From Cirrosporium novae-zelandiae (Eukaryota), in NCBI GenBank assembly GCA_026023565.1, contig JAPETS010000006.1, positions 1 to 64,000 of the forward strand: a DNA stretch of 64,000 nucleotides, written 5' to 3'. The position numbers were made by a program, and so were the translations under genes. Positions 1 through 13,009 of this stretch are shown piece by piece; the first letter of the stretch is position 1; the number at the start of each line of letters is the position of its first letter. Below the pieces are notes generated by a model, which worked only from the letters and a program-made list of their open reading frames with translations, searched no databases and had not been told where the DNA came from.

Positions 1-209
1 TTTAAACCCTGAACCACTGCCCCCCCCCCCCCGCAGCTCCGCATGAGACATGTTCATTCGGCCTACCTAACATTACCACACCGCTTCCAGTAACTTGGAA
101 ATTATCCTGCTCGTCTACAATTTCCAATATCGATAGTTGAATTCCTATTTTGATTCTAGAAAGACACTGGTTCATCATAGCAACGACCACCTTGACCACT
201 CTGACGGAC

Positions 210-3200
210 ATGGACCTTGCCGTTAATTCTGTCGCTGATCTAAATGATACCCTTCCACAGTCACCACATGCTCCACCTTCCGATTCACAAGCATCTGAGA
301 ATGTTTCTGTGTCGTCGGCTCGTATAAACGAACCCCCTTCATCCTCTCCACAGCCTTTGACAACAACGAGCCAGCAACCTACATTTCATAACATTCACTC
401 ATCAGATGGACAAAACCATGATAGAATGGATCAAAGAGAAGAGACGGGTTCAAATGCAATGGATACAACAAACGTTGCCAGAGATATAGATGCAAATCCA
501 TGGACAAGTCCGTCCGATCAAGACAATGAGGCTATGGACACCACACCCGACCATGCGCCAATCTCAGACGCTTTAGAACTTAATACTGGGGAGGAACAAA
601 ACAATTCACAAGCAACATCTCCACCTGCTGCAGTAATACCTGCATGGAATAACATTGGAGACCTTGATACGAGCAATGCACCAGCCTGGGAGACGAATGC
701 ACCTCCCCCCGAACCTCAACCTGATGCAGTGCCACAGATTCCTCCACAGCCTGTCCCAGCGCCCCTTCAGCAACTTCCAACCATTGTACCCCCACCAAGC
801 TTGCCGGTGAATCCTCGTATCGATCCCGTTTTTAGTGGTGGTTGGGGTGATGGGGATGAGTGGTTCGAAGAAGAAGATAAATCTGTACCTACTGAAGAAG
901 AATTAAAAGAGCTTGAGCGTAAAGGCGGAGAGGTTAGCGCTCTTGATCGTGAGTATTCCTGCTTCCTTTGAAGGTGTTCATGCCTAACCTTAACCAGATG
1001 GACATTGGACAAAGCTCTGCCTTCCAGAAGTTGAAGATCCAGAATATATTCCAGTTGAATCTGGCCGTATCGACTGGACACTTAAAGGCGTTCGTGGAAC
1101 CAAAGCAAACCCTAACCGGGAGCCAGTGATGAAATCCCCATCTGTCTACATAGGAGGCTATCACTGGAACATCAAATACTACCTGAAAGGCAATGCGTCG
1201 CCTTGTCTTTGTGCATATGTCGAGTGTTCGGTTGATCCCCCTAATGATGGCGACCAACTCAAAACTTCTCATGACAAGGAAGCTGGTGAGGCCATGGATA
1301 CCGAAAATGACGACTTGTCAGACGACATGGAAGACAGCGACGAGAGTACACCCCCTCCAGATGAGAAATCTACTAGAGTAGAATCTAAGAAGTGGGAAGT
1401 CCCCGCACAATTCGGTCTCATTATATACAATCCGGCGGAGCCTCGCGTGCTATGTCATGAACGAGCCACACATCAATTTCGTAACAACAGCTCAGATTGG
1501 GGATGGAAATCTTTTAATAACAATTGGAGCACTATCCATAAACGAAAACCATTACAACGTCGAGCTTTGCTGCAAAATGATACCCTTGCCTTCACTGCCT
1601 ATATTCGCGTCTTCAAAGATCACACTAAAAGACTTTGGTGGCATGCAAATCAGAATGAGCAATGGGACAGTCTTAATAGAGCAGGACTTCGGGGCCTTGG
1701 ACATGACCAAGACAATACTGGTTTTGCCGCTGCTCTGTCATCTTGGTTGCTGTTAGCTCCTTTCAGGAAAATACTCCGAAGCATTCCCACAGAAGGTCCT
1801 CAGTCAAAACCACGACCAACTCTCACAGCTATGCAAATAATCCTCTCACATATACAATATCAGCCAAAATCGACTGTTTCTGTGTCTCTGACGTTCTTGA
1901 GGAGTATCATGGGAATATATGGTTACCAGCGATTTTATTCGATGGATGTTGTAGAGCTCTGGGAAACCTTAAGAAATTTCATGGCATTTGAATGCAGAGA
2001 TTTGAAAATTTCGAAAGACTTGCATGAATTGTTTGGTGACCATTACCCAAACATAAAGGGGGGCATGGAAATCGATGCATCTTCTCATACCATTGTCGGG
2101 GGCAAATTCCCAACTCTCAAGGTTCCAGTCCTACTGCAGTCATGTGATCCACATCTCCAAGAACTCATCGAGCATGATTCAATAGCCGCCTCATATCCTC
2201 TTGTTGCGCCAAAATTCCTCACCGTAGAATTAGAGCGACAGATATTTAAGGAGTCTACTCGAAAATGGAAAAAGATTGATAGAAAGGTCATATTAGACGA
2301 GGAAATCAAATTTTCTGTTCCAGGCAATGCTTCTGCAACCAAATACACACTCTATGGTTTCATTGCCCATACAGGAAGTTTGAGATCATCCAACTATCAC
2401 TCTATACTTCGGCCAGGTGGTCCAGGAACTAAATGGCTCCACTTCCTCTGTGACAGTGGAGAAAATGTTGTTCATTGCATCACAAACAAGGAAGCGTTTG
2501 AACTTCAAGGAAGTCCATATGATGCGCCTGAAATTGATTCGAGGATCGGTTTAACCGACAACCGCACAGCTGCCTACGTTGCTATGTATGTACGGAATGA
2601 TGCACTACCTGATTTCCTCCAAGGCTTGCCAGAACCACCCCAGAAATCGACGCCCTCCAAATCCGGTGTAGAGACCAACCCATCAACCCAGCAATCTGTA
2701 TCTGAAGTTCAACCCAAGCCAGAGGATAAGATGTTCGATGTTCGAATATACCGATCTGGTGCATTTACTGGCCATCATGGCCCATGGAGCCTAGATTTTG
2801 CCTCTGTAGCCCAGGATGCGGAAAACAGCGAGCATGTCTATGATTTAACCTTGCCGTCATCTATATCCTTGGAAGACTTCCGCATGAAGGTTTTCAACAT
2901 GGTTGGAGGCTTAGAAAGACCTGAACAGTGCAAGCTTTGGAGATATGTGCAGCATACTCAGTTCGATATTGCCTCGTACGGACGTACCGCTCTGTATACG
3001 CCAGGTCCTGATTCGCCACTTAGAGATCTCTCTTCATCTATTCCTTGCCGGTTTTGGCTTCACATAATCCCGATGGGTAAGTTTATCTGGTCCTAATTTC
3101 TAGAAACGCTTCTAATTACCTTTGCAGAGTTGTTGACCAAAGTGGTTGTACCTATTCAAAACAACCATCCTCAAGTAGATGTGACCTCAGGCGAAGGCGA

Positions 3201-4260
3201 GATGCAAGAGAATGACGACAATATATCACAGACTCCCGATCCAGCTGAAGAAGAGGACACGGATATGCCCGATTCCCCTCATGATGATAATGCCTCGTCT
3301 CCTTCGTCCCACGAATCATCCGAATCCTCCGAATCCGATGATGCTGCTAATTCCGCGTCCAATGGTGATACTTCAATTGAAGACAAATCTCATCCGCAAT
3401 CAGTAACTTTTGAAGAACCAGATCACTGCTACGTCTTTGTCAAACGTCTAGATTTCCAGCTTCAGACTCTCACAGGCACCGGCTTTTTCATGTTCAAGTT
3501 CGGGGACAACGTCAAGGGGGCTATCAAGAAAGCGTTGAAGATACCCGAAGATAAGAGCTTCGCAGTTACAGTTGAGGATTTGCAGGCCGATACCCAGCCC
3601 ATCCGATCTAGCCGCTCCTTCGCCGATGAGGGCATTGACGACGGCACTACATTGATTGTCCATGATGTTCTCAAGGAAAAAGATAGCGAGTCTCTCTTGC
3701 AGAGCGCCTCTTTCACAACCGTTTCCTCCCTTCTTTCCTACCTCCGTCGCAAACCTTTTGATCCTACTGCCAATGCTACTGTGCCTGCGCAGACCACCCG
3801 CTCCTACTATACGCAGGAGCGCTATAAGGGAACAATGCTCCATGGCCTCTACCACGGCCGCGGCCACCTGATCAAACTAAATGGAGACATTTACGACGGC
3901 TCCTTTTCGCATTCCGAATTCTCTGGGCTTGGCACCCTTCACTATGCTAACCGTGATACCTACACTGGCTCATTTTCCCACAATCTATCACATGGCCATG
4001 GCACATTCGAGCAGCACTCAACTGGTAACAAATACGTCGGCAATTTCCAGGAAGGGAAGAAGTATGGAAAAGGCGTTACATACTGGGAGAAGAGTGAAGA
4101 AGAAATGAGGATTTGTCAGATTTGTTATGAGAAGGAAATGGACGCGTTATTTTATAAGTGCGGTCACGTATGTGCATGCGTGGACTGTGCTCGGTGTGTC
4201 GAGGTGTGTCCTGTTTGCAGAAGTGGGGTGGTAGATGTGGTGAGGATCTGGAAGGCCTAA
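210..4260 (+). CDS. MATH + UCH/USP-like (probably catalytically dead) + MORN repeats + C-terminal C3HC4 RING protein; 3 exons (introns 949-997, 3077-3127)
   Basis: Splicing joins ORFs 150-971, 1126-3096 and 3130-4260 in frame. MATH motifs (IGGYHWNIKYY, HQFRNNSSDWGW), USP-like body (PKFLTVELERQIF, YTLYGFIAHTG), 4 MORN repeats (e.g. YDGSFSHSEFSGLGTLHY) and RING CQICYEKEMDALFYKCGHVCACVDCARCVEVCPVCR. Confidence 0.88.
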
Positions 4261-4890
4261 CCTTCTAGGAGTGGAGGGAACAGCCATGGCATGAAATGGT
4301 AATTGGCAAATGGTGAATGGACTATCATATTCTTCCGAGGCATACACTAAATCGGTTGACATACGACGGACAGACAAATGAGGCAATGATAATGGTATAG
4401 GACGGATAATATGGTGTCGATTATAATGTCTGGACAGGGGGGAGGCGTACCAAAGTACGGATTAGTCACCAGGTTGGCGTCGGATTTCTCTCGTTTTTGG
4501 GACTTTGCTTTAGCATTCATACCCTCCTTCGGTTTGTCTCTGGATTTCCTTCATTTCGTGGTGGATAATCTTTCGGGCATGGATATATAGTATAGTAAAA
4601 CACCTGAGAAAAAGAGAAGCTAGAACTACATGTCTAGGTAGAAATTCAGATTCATGGGCTTTTCAATGTATCTAAGGCCTATCATGATAAAATAAAGGAT
4701 TTCCCAACTTGATAAATGTTGGATGTTGAAGGGTAAAATGTGGTGAATGGCCATGATGGATGTAAATTTTTACGTAAGCTACACCTTGGTGGCCAACCTT
4801 TTCCTATTCTCTTTTCCATTTCCATCGTCATCATACTTGTACACAACATCCTCAATTACCATACTATGGTATTTTTCTTCTTAATCGGCC

Positions 4891-5853
4891 ATGTCTTTAC
4901 AGGGTAGAGAAGCCCATATCCCTCCCCCTCTCCATTTAGGCCCGATGGAGGGGGATGAAGCCGACTTCGAGTCACATTACTCACTAGACAAACATTCTTC
5001 CGACTCTGACTTTTCCGACGGCGATGCTGATGACGATAACACTGATCCAAACAAACGCTCTCCATTTCACCATGCTAATTCTTCCTTCTCGGGCCCCAAT
5101 GCTTTTGCCCCGCCATTCTACAATCGCCCACCAACACCACTTCCCCCCTCCCCATCTCTGACTTCCTTACTTCGGCCTTCATTTTCAGCTACAGCGTCCA
5201 GGCCGACAACTCCAACCCCAGATACCTCAGAGAACGAGACACCCAATGATACCGAAGCTGCCGTCGCCAAGTCTGCCCGGACTGCTACAACTGTACCACG
5301 GGCAAGTCCCAAGGTCCCCACATATGAGTATTATGGATTTGTATTATATCTAGTGTCATCTGCTGCATTTTGTAAGCGCTTTCGAATCCTTGGGTATCCT
5401 ATATCTTCTAACCATTTAGTAATTTATCTGCTCTGGTCCTATCTTCCATCGCCGTTTTTACACCAGCTCGGAATATACTATTATCCTAATCGTTGGTGGT
5501 CTCTTGCCATTCCTGCATATCTTGTCATGTCTGTCGTATACATTTACGTCGCTTTGGCTTCTTACAATACGGGTTATTTGACGCTACCAATGAATAGCAT
5601 TGAGAACCTGGTAGATGAGGCTGCCAACATTGCCATCATAGATGGTAAAGGAAGAATAAAAAAGGGCGGCTCATCGAAGCTCAAAAACCAGGCGACCACA
5701 ACATATTATCCCGGCTCGCTCACCTCGCATAAGAAGTTCGACTGGGAAGAAGTGTGGAGCAAGGGAACCGATGCCGTCATGGATGTTCCTATCGGAGGTG
5801 TCTGCGAGATATTATATGGTGAAGGTAGGAGTAGAGATGAAGATGACCTGTAA
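4891..5853 (+). CDS. GPI19: GPI-GlcNAc transferase subunit PIG-P/Gpi19 with long Ser/Pro-rich N-terminus; probable 48-nt intron 5372-5419
   Basis: EYYGFVLYL...YLLWSYLPSPFLHQLGIYYYPNRWWSLAIP and GTDAVMDVPIGGVCEILY are PIG-P family motifs. Intron GTAAGC...CTAAC...TAG. Confidence 0.88.
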   Translation: MSLQGREAHIPPPLHLGPMEGDEADFESHYSLDKHSSDSDFSDGDADDDNTDPNKRSPFHHANSSFSGPNAFAPPFYNRPPTPLPPSPSLTSLLRPSFSATASRPTTPTPDTSENETPNDTEAAVAKSARTATTVPRASPKVPTYEYYGFVLYLVSSAAFCKRFRILGYPISSNHLVIYLLWSYLPSPFLHQLGIYYYPNRWWSLAIPAYLVMSVVYIYVALASYNTGYLTLPMNSIENLVDEAANIAIIDGKGRIKKGGSSKLKNQATTTYYPGSLTSHKKFDWEEVWSKGTDAVMDVPIGGVCEILYGEGRSRDEDDL

Positions 5854-6331
5854 TCTCAGCCTACGTACAGATACAAAAATAGATTCAGCTCACGATTTAA
5901 CTATGTGCCATGCGATATGACCTTGGTAGTTTTACCGGAATAGCTAATGTCTAATGTATAATTTCATTTTTTAGACTGATACAGTTCTACTTGATATGTT
6001 TTCCTACGTGTTTTACTCGAGTACTCGAATATAGTCCTTGCATGATTTGTAGCTAGAAAAGGTTTAGTTTCAATCCCCTGAATGTGGACAAAGTATGAAC
6101 AGCATAAGATGTTAGGAAATGTAATTCCGCCAGTCTATCGCATCTTGGGTTGAGAACGTGCATCATAACCCCAGATTATCCACTAAGCACGCCTTCTCCG
6201 CAATAGTTTGATGAGCGCTACCCTGATCTTTCAAGAACCTCATCCTATAACTAATTACTTCATATCAAATTCATAGATTCTATTTCTTATTCCCTTCTTC
6301 GACTACAATTCAGAAAGTACAATTTGTTACC

Positions 6332-7545
6332 ATGGATAAAACAAGATCATCAACACCACCCCGCCAGGCTGCCAAGCCTAATGCAATACTGCCTAACCCA
6401 CCTCTTACGCCAGAGCAAGTGCGCAAAATTGTACGTATTCCTATCACCCCAGTAATCGCCGCGCCTAATACTTACTAGCCAGGAACTCAACCGTTTAAAA
6501 GCAAAAGCAATCAGGGAGCAGCGCGAAGCTGAAGAGAGAAAACAGAACGACTCAACTACACTCAATAGATCGGAGAGCTCTGTGGCAGGGCAGAAACGAG
6601 CCTTCTCTTCAATATCCAAATACGACGTTCCTAGCAATTCCAGAGATGCACGCAATGAAAAGGACTCTCTGCGGCCACTGGATCAAATACGGCCAGCCAA
6701 AAACTTTGCCAAATATGTGGAATACGAGTTCAGTAAGATGACAGACACAAAGGGCGGGTTTATGACTGCAGAGGACGATCCCCATAACAAGGCTCTACAT
6801 ACCCCTGGTTTAGATGAGAAGCCTGCACATATGACCATGAAAGAATGGGAAAGGCATCAGTTGTTAAAAAGTTTAGAGAGGCGCAAAGCCGGGCCCTATG
6901 AACCCGGATTGAGTGTTCTCAAAAAGGATGAACTTAAAAAATGTCGCGAGTGTGGTAGCTTTGAGATCGACTATAAGTGGGAAGAGATTTTCCACTGCGC
7001 TGTTTGCAATGCGTGCAAGGAGAAGGTTCCGGAGAAGTACAGCTTACTTACAAAAACTGAAGCTAGGGAAGACTATCTTCTTACGGAACGTAAGTCAGAC
7101 CTCTACGAAGGCACTCTAGCTGAGAGACATACTGATTCTAGTAGCGGAGCTCAAGGATGAAGAGCTTTTACCTCACCTAGAGCGGCCAAATCCACACAAA
7201 GCTACCTGGAACAATATGATGCTGTTCCTTAGATATCAAGTCGAGGAGTATGCTTTCAGTAAGAAGTGGGGTTCAGCAGATAAACTCGACGAAGAATATA
7301 CCCGACGGGAAAATGAAAAGAAGCGACGAAAAGAAGCAAAATTCAAGTCAAAGCTAGAGGATCTCAAGAAAAAGACCAGGTTCGAAGCATACCGAAGAAG
7401 CCGAAAGGGAGAGGCCACAAATGAAGTAGGGAAAAGCACCAGACACAATCATCAGTGGGGTCGAGCAGTGGAAGATGCTGAGACGGGAATGAGCGTAAAG
7501 ACATGTATCGAATGTGGAATGGAGGTTGAGGAACTAGAATTCTAA
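6332..7545 (+). CDS. RAD14: Nucleotide excision repair protein Rad14/XPA (introns 6431-6482, 7090-7144)
   Basis: ELNRLKAKAIRE, DTKGGF, zinc finger CRECG..CNACK, YSLLTKTEAREDYLLTEPEL, PNPHKATWNNMMLFLRYQVE, C-terminal CIECGMEVEELEF. Confidence 0.95.
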
Positions 7546-8018
7546 TATACACATGTACCTAGTTTTTAGGATAGAAATGATACCCAACATTTAAAAATAT
7601 ATATAGATGAAACTACAAAGTATGCAGTTGAGGAATATCCATGCCACACCATGGGACTTTTGGTAGGAAACCGTTGCCGAGACTGGGACATGGTTTCTCC
7701 GACAGCCCAATTCTCTCAACTTGGCCTTAGCGCGAAGACCTCATCATTCGGGAGAAGTTAAGCTGTGGACGCGAAAGACAACATCGATTTTAAATCTAAT
7801 CGTCCTGTTACTCGCTCACCTGTTGAGAGTTTCAATTGACATTTACCTATACTTCAGTGGACGCTTAATTCCCTATACCCCCTTACCACTGAACTTCACT
7901 GTGGCCGAACCTTGACGACGCCTTGATCACCAGGACCCTTTCCAGCTTTTATTTCATCAATTCCAATATTGCACAAGATTGCGCGGCGGGGCCTTTAAAT
8001 CAAAGGCGAAAGCCTTGA

Positions 8019-10780
8019 ATGGCTTGGCAATCATCTTCTGCCATGGCGGGTGGTGGTATGTCACCCGCGGGGAGCGATGTTGGGAATAATGTGGGTAGTC
8101 ATCCTCAGGGGACCGAATATACCCTCCAAGGCAAGTACTCGCCCCCATACCTGACCCCTCAGCTGATGTTGTGGCCTTGGTTCATCGTTGATTCTAACTG
8201 CTACGAATCTAGGCGTCATGCGATTTCTCCAGACCGAATGGCACCGCCACGAACGAGACCGAAATGCTTGGGAGATTGAACGGGCAGAGATGAAGTCTAG
8301 AATAGGCCGGCTAGAGGGGGAGGCTCGTATGGGTAAAAGATTACAGGAATCTCAGGGAAAGCTCGTCAAAATCCTAGAGCAGGCCCTGAAAAGGGAGCGG
8401 GAGAAGGTAAAGAGTCTATCCTCACCGAATGGAAAGTTGGAAGGCGAGAAGGCAAACGTGACTGCCGAGAAGGATTTCGACAAAGTGCATATAAAGCGTG
8501 AGCGCCTCAGATCGCTGAAGAATCGATTTAAAATTATTTACTCATCCAAATCAGCCCCTCCTCCCAAACCGCAGAATTCTTTCTTGGATACCACAACCGA
8601 CCCCGAAGAAAATGAGCAAAACCAACAAGAAGAAAACGACCGAGATAAATCCAAGTCTTATTTAGGGAAGTTTAATCAGGAATTCTTTTACCACATGATC
8701 CCACCCGCACAACCGTTTATACCACCCGACGAACAGCAGGAGGAGCCTCCTAATCATCTATACCCTAACGAACACCCCCAGCCAACTTTGGAAGATGTAT
8801 ATCTACATCAACGGCAACAGAAGCCTTATTTGAATAATGTCAGTATGACTCGGGAACCCTCCTTACAGAATCACTTAGCACCGATACCCCCATCTGGCTC
8901 TAATCATATAGACATGTCCCGCCAAAATGAACAACTACAACCGCCTACCTCTATGATGATGACTCGAGATTTTCCAGACCAACAGCTACAAAACCAAGTT
9001 GAACCCATAACGGCGATTGATCATCGAAAGCAGACACCTTTAGATATGCCGCCATCGCATGAAGACCAGGTTGAACACGTTACCCATGCATTTGATGCTT
9101 ATGGTAGGGAAATACCAAGTAGAGAAAATGCCGAGAATATGCGGATGTCTGAGGCAGTGGATGGGACAGATGGATGGGACTTTTCTGAACCAATAATTAC
9201 AAACGAACAACCACCAGAATACGCTGCTCCGCAACGACCAGATACCGACGCATTCCCACCAGCATCTACAATTCCGCCGAAATCACCTCCCAGACCTAGT
9301 CCCGGGTCGCATCGAAGAAAGAGCTCGGGTGCAAGGCGGCGGAGTGAGGTTCCACAAAGCGTCCGTGAAGGGTCTACCAATGCTGTGAAATCAGATAGTT
9401 CCAGTTTCAAAGTTCGATTTGCCCTCCGAGGTCATCTTGATGTTGTGCGATCTGTTATTTTCACTGGGGGCGGAAGTCCCTCGGAACCTGAAATCTGTAC
9501 AGCAGGTGATGATGGAGTAATTAAAAGATGGGTCATTCCAGCCAACTACGGGAACTTCGGAGCACATGGTGGGAGTGTTAATGATCTGGACGTTACCAGT
9601 TATTTCACTCATAGGGGTCACACCGGTTCTGTCACCTCTCTTGCAGCATGTCCGGCGTCTCAGAACTTTTCCAATGGAGGGAGAGCATTGGGTGATGGGT
9701 GGGTATTCTCTGGTGGGCAGGATGCAACCGTAAAGGTTTGGGAGAGAGGAAGGGTAGACCCGAAAGCTACCCTTGATGGGCACACCGATGCGGTTTGGGC
9801 TCTATGCGTCCTACCAGGTACATCTGCTTCAGTATTTGGAGATGACTGTAGCCACTATGGTGGTGCAGAAAGAATACTACTTGCATCAGGCGCAGCGGAT
9901 GGAACCATCCTAATATGGGCGGTCAGTCCTCCTCCACAGCTCACCTCACCACAAACAAGTGGAAGGAGAGGGGCTGGTGGAGGTCGGAGATCAAATTCAG
10001 TCTCGTCTGGATCCAATTTCCCATCGTCACCCCAACCAAGTACAGCTTCATCTACACCATTCAATTACGCCTTGGTACATCGAATACAACGAACGGGCGA
10101 ATCTTCTCCAACCTGTATATCTCCGTTATCCTTGCGCGGCGATACTTTTGTCGCTTCCTTTACCGATGCGTCGGTTCTCATATTCGATACCCGAACAGGT
10201 GAGGAGGTTGTGGGCATGGCAAGTTTAGAAACCTACGACGGTACCCCTACCACAGGCGTCAACTGTGTCGTTGCCACCACCGTCGGTCTAGAGAGCTCTA
10301 TGGCCCTAGATTCAGGTAGAGGATTATCCGAGGACGATAGCATGGTACACGGTGCAACCGGATCAAGCGGCGGTGTCGAAGGAGTCGTAATCAGCGGTCA
10401 TGAAGATCGCTTCATAAGGTTCTTCGATGCCAACAGTGGTAAGACCCTATTTCCCCAATCCTTTTTTTCTTTCTCAGACCAGACTTAAAATGCTGACTTT
10501 TCTTTTTCTTCGTTTTACAGGCCAATGCACATACACCATGCTAGCCCATCCAGCCGCCATAGCCTCCCTCTCGCTGTCTCCGGATGGTAGGGAACTTGTT
10601 TCTGCTGGACATGACGCGAGTCTCCGATTCTGGTCTCTAGAAAAACGAAGCTGTACTCAGGAAATCACTAGTCATCGGCTCATGCGTGGTGAGGGCGTGT
10701 GCGCGGTTGTTTGGAGTCAGGATGGACGGTGGGTTGTTAGTGGGGGTGGGGATGGTGTCGTTAAGGTCTTTTCTAGATGA
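8019..10780 (+). CDS. PRO11: Striatin (STRIPAK scaffold, Pro11/StrA/HAM-3/Far8 family), N-terminal coiled coil + WD40; introns 8131-8212 (GC-AG), probably 8498-8554, and 10439-10520
   Basis: The spliced N-terminus [35 protein letters not shown] is the striatin signature. WD40 repeats include [30 protein letters not shown]. Confidence 0.95.
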
Positions 10781-11729
10781 CGATGACGGCGACTGTGACA
10801 ATGACAATGGAAATGACGGTGAATGACGCATGGTATGTATGTACGTATACATGCATGCTTCTTCCATTTTCATGTCGTGTCGTGTGATATAATGTTCATG
10901 GTCATGGTCATGAAGGTCATGGCTCAAGGAGAATGGTTTTGCACGTCTTACTTAATTCATGACCGCTTCTACTATGAGGCAAAGAGAGGAAGAGAGAGAG
11001 AGCTAGAAATTCTTGTGTTTTTTTTTTCTTCACCTTCTGTTCTTCAAAAACTTCAAACTTCTTTTCTAGCTATGGATTATATTACCATTAACCATTACGC
11101 ACGCACGCACATACATACATGCAGCTGATAGTGCCATATCCTTCTCGAGCTCTCAAAACTTCTCCCTCTTCAAAACCTTCTTCTTCGAATCTCAATTCAG
11201 AAATGAAAGCAAAGGGGGGTTATTTGCATGGGATTGTGGATATGGATGTGGATGACGTGTTCCTGCCTGCCAATTTTAACTCATTTTGTATTATGTTTAC
11301 TTTCTTCATCCCTGGGGATTCTTTGTTCTGGGACTGGGTGAGATGTTTTGGGTGTAGAGTATGATGATGGTATATGGTCCTTGATGATGGTGATGATGAT
11401 GGTGTATTGGTTGGGTTGGGGTTTGGGGATGGATTATGAATGGGATGGACCAGGGATGGGATGGGGATGGAATGGGTTAGGGATAAGGATAAGGACCGGA
11501 GTGAACAGGGAGAACGAAACAGGACAGGACAGGACATGGATGACAGAAGAAGAAAATAATAAGACAAGGGACCAGGACAACAGGACAAACAGGACAGGAA
11601 AAAGAGACATTTTTTTTCATATTTTCACGTTAAATAGGATTCCTCCCCTTCCCTTTGATTCTTTGATACAATATACAATTACGACAGGCGATGGGTGATT
11701 AGGAGATGGATCGGTCCAAAGAGCCACCC

Positions 11730-11760
<31 letters not shown>

Positions 11761-13000
11761 GGCGTGAAATGAACTGAACCGATGGATTGAATGGGATTGA
11801 TGGCATGCATGTATAAGGTGTTGTACAAAATATTGTATTTAAAAAAGGTGGTTTTTTTTTCTTTTTCTTTTCTTTTCTTGTTTTAGATCGAGGTAGATTA
11901 ATTATTAGGGACTAGGGTTGAATCGAAATAATTTGGATAATTAGGTTTTTTTATATTTTTTAGGGAGAGAGAGAGAGAGAGAGAGGGAGAGAGAGGTATT
12001 TGTTTGTACTAGTGCAAAAATGAACAGGTGGACGGGTAGGTAAAAAAAATCCTCATTGAAAGAGAGGGGAAGGGGAAAGGGGGAAAAAAAGGAGAGAGAA
12101 ATCTGGACCAAATCAGTAAGTAATCTTATAATCAAGTAGGTAGGTAGGTAGGTAGGTAGATATATCCTCATTGAGGTGGAGGTGGAAGTGGGAAGTAGTA
12201 GGGCAAGGTCAAGCAAAAGAAGGCCTGGGTAAGTAATAATATCTAGACTAGATGAAAGAAAGCATAGATGAGATGAGCCTGAGACTGTCTCTGTCATGCC
12301 ATGCCCAATATCATGTTCTACCAGTCCTGTCCTCTACATCCTCTACACCTACAATAAATTCATTTCAACAAAAACCCATTTGAATTTGGAAAATTTCTGG
12401 AATCTGAAGATTTCTTGTCATCATAAAAAAGAAGACGAAGAAAAAAAACGCCCTGCGTTTTTCCTTTCCCCTTTCTGACATTTGTAGTAGCAGTCATTCG
12501 TTATCATAATCCCTAAGCAACCAACGGAGTCCTTTAAAAAGGACCCATGTTTCCTTATGCTTTTGTTGTGCATGCTTGTCGTTGTTGTTCTTTTGCCCCT
12601 TGGAGTTGGCATATTGGTTGGGGGGGGGGGGGGGGGATGGATATCCGTGGAAGAGGAGGAAGCTGGTTGGCTGGCTACTTAAGAGCGAGCGGGCAGACAG
12701 GCAGGTAAAACAAGATCGCATCCATCCATCCAGTTTGAAAGCATTCATCCGTGCGTGCAGCCAGCCGTCAATACATACATAAAGAAACGAAAGGTATCTA
12801 TTCTCGTCCATCCCGTCCCCTAAACCCAGGCCTTAATATCATCATTCAATCCGTCAAGTCAAGCCATCCAAGCCATAGAAAAAGAAGAAGCCATAAGAAG
12901 AAGAAAAGGTGTTCCCGCTATCTACACACACACACTGTATAGATAGATATAGATTCCTAAGGCATGGTTTTATTCCACACCTTGGACCTAATATGAAAAA
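10780..13000. repeat. Microsatellite/low-complexity intergenic tract between convergent genes
   Basis: (GGACA)n near 11520, (CA)n(TA)n 11730-11760, (GA)n near 11965-11995, (TAGG)n 12136-12158, poly-G near 12620-12636. The ORFs here are repeat-derived. Confidence 0.75.
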
Positions 13001-13009
13001 AAAAAACAC

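Noticed and set aside
10823..12942. Many 60-120 aa ORFs between the striatin and MARVEL genes
   Set aside because: Translations reflect microsatellites and low complexity; no motifs or splice-consistent model.
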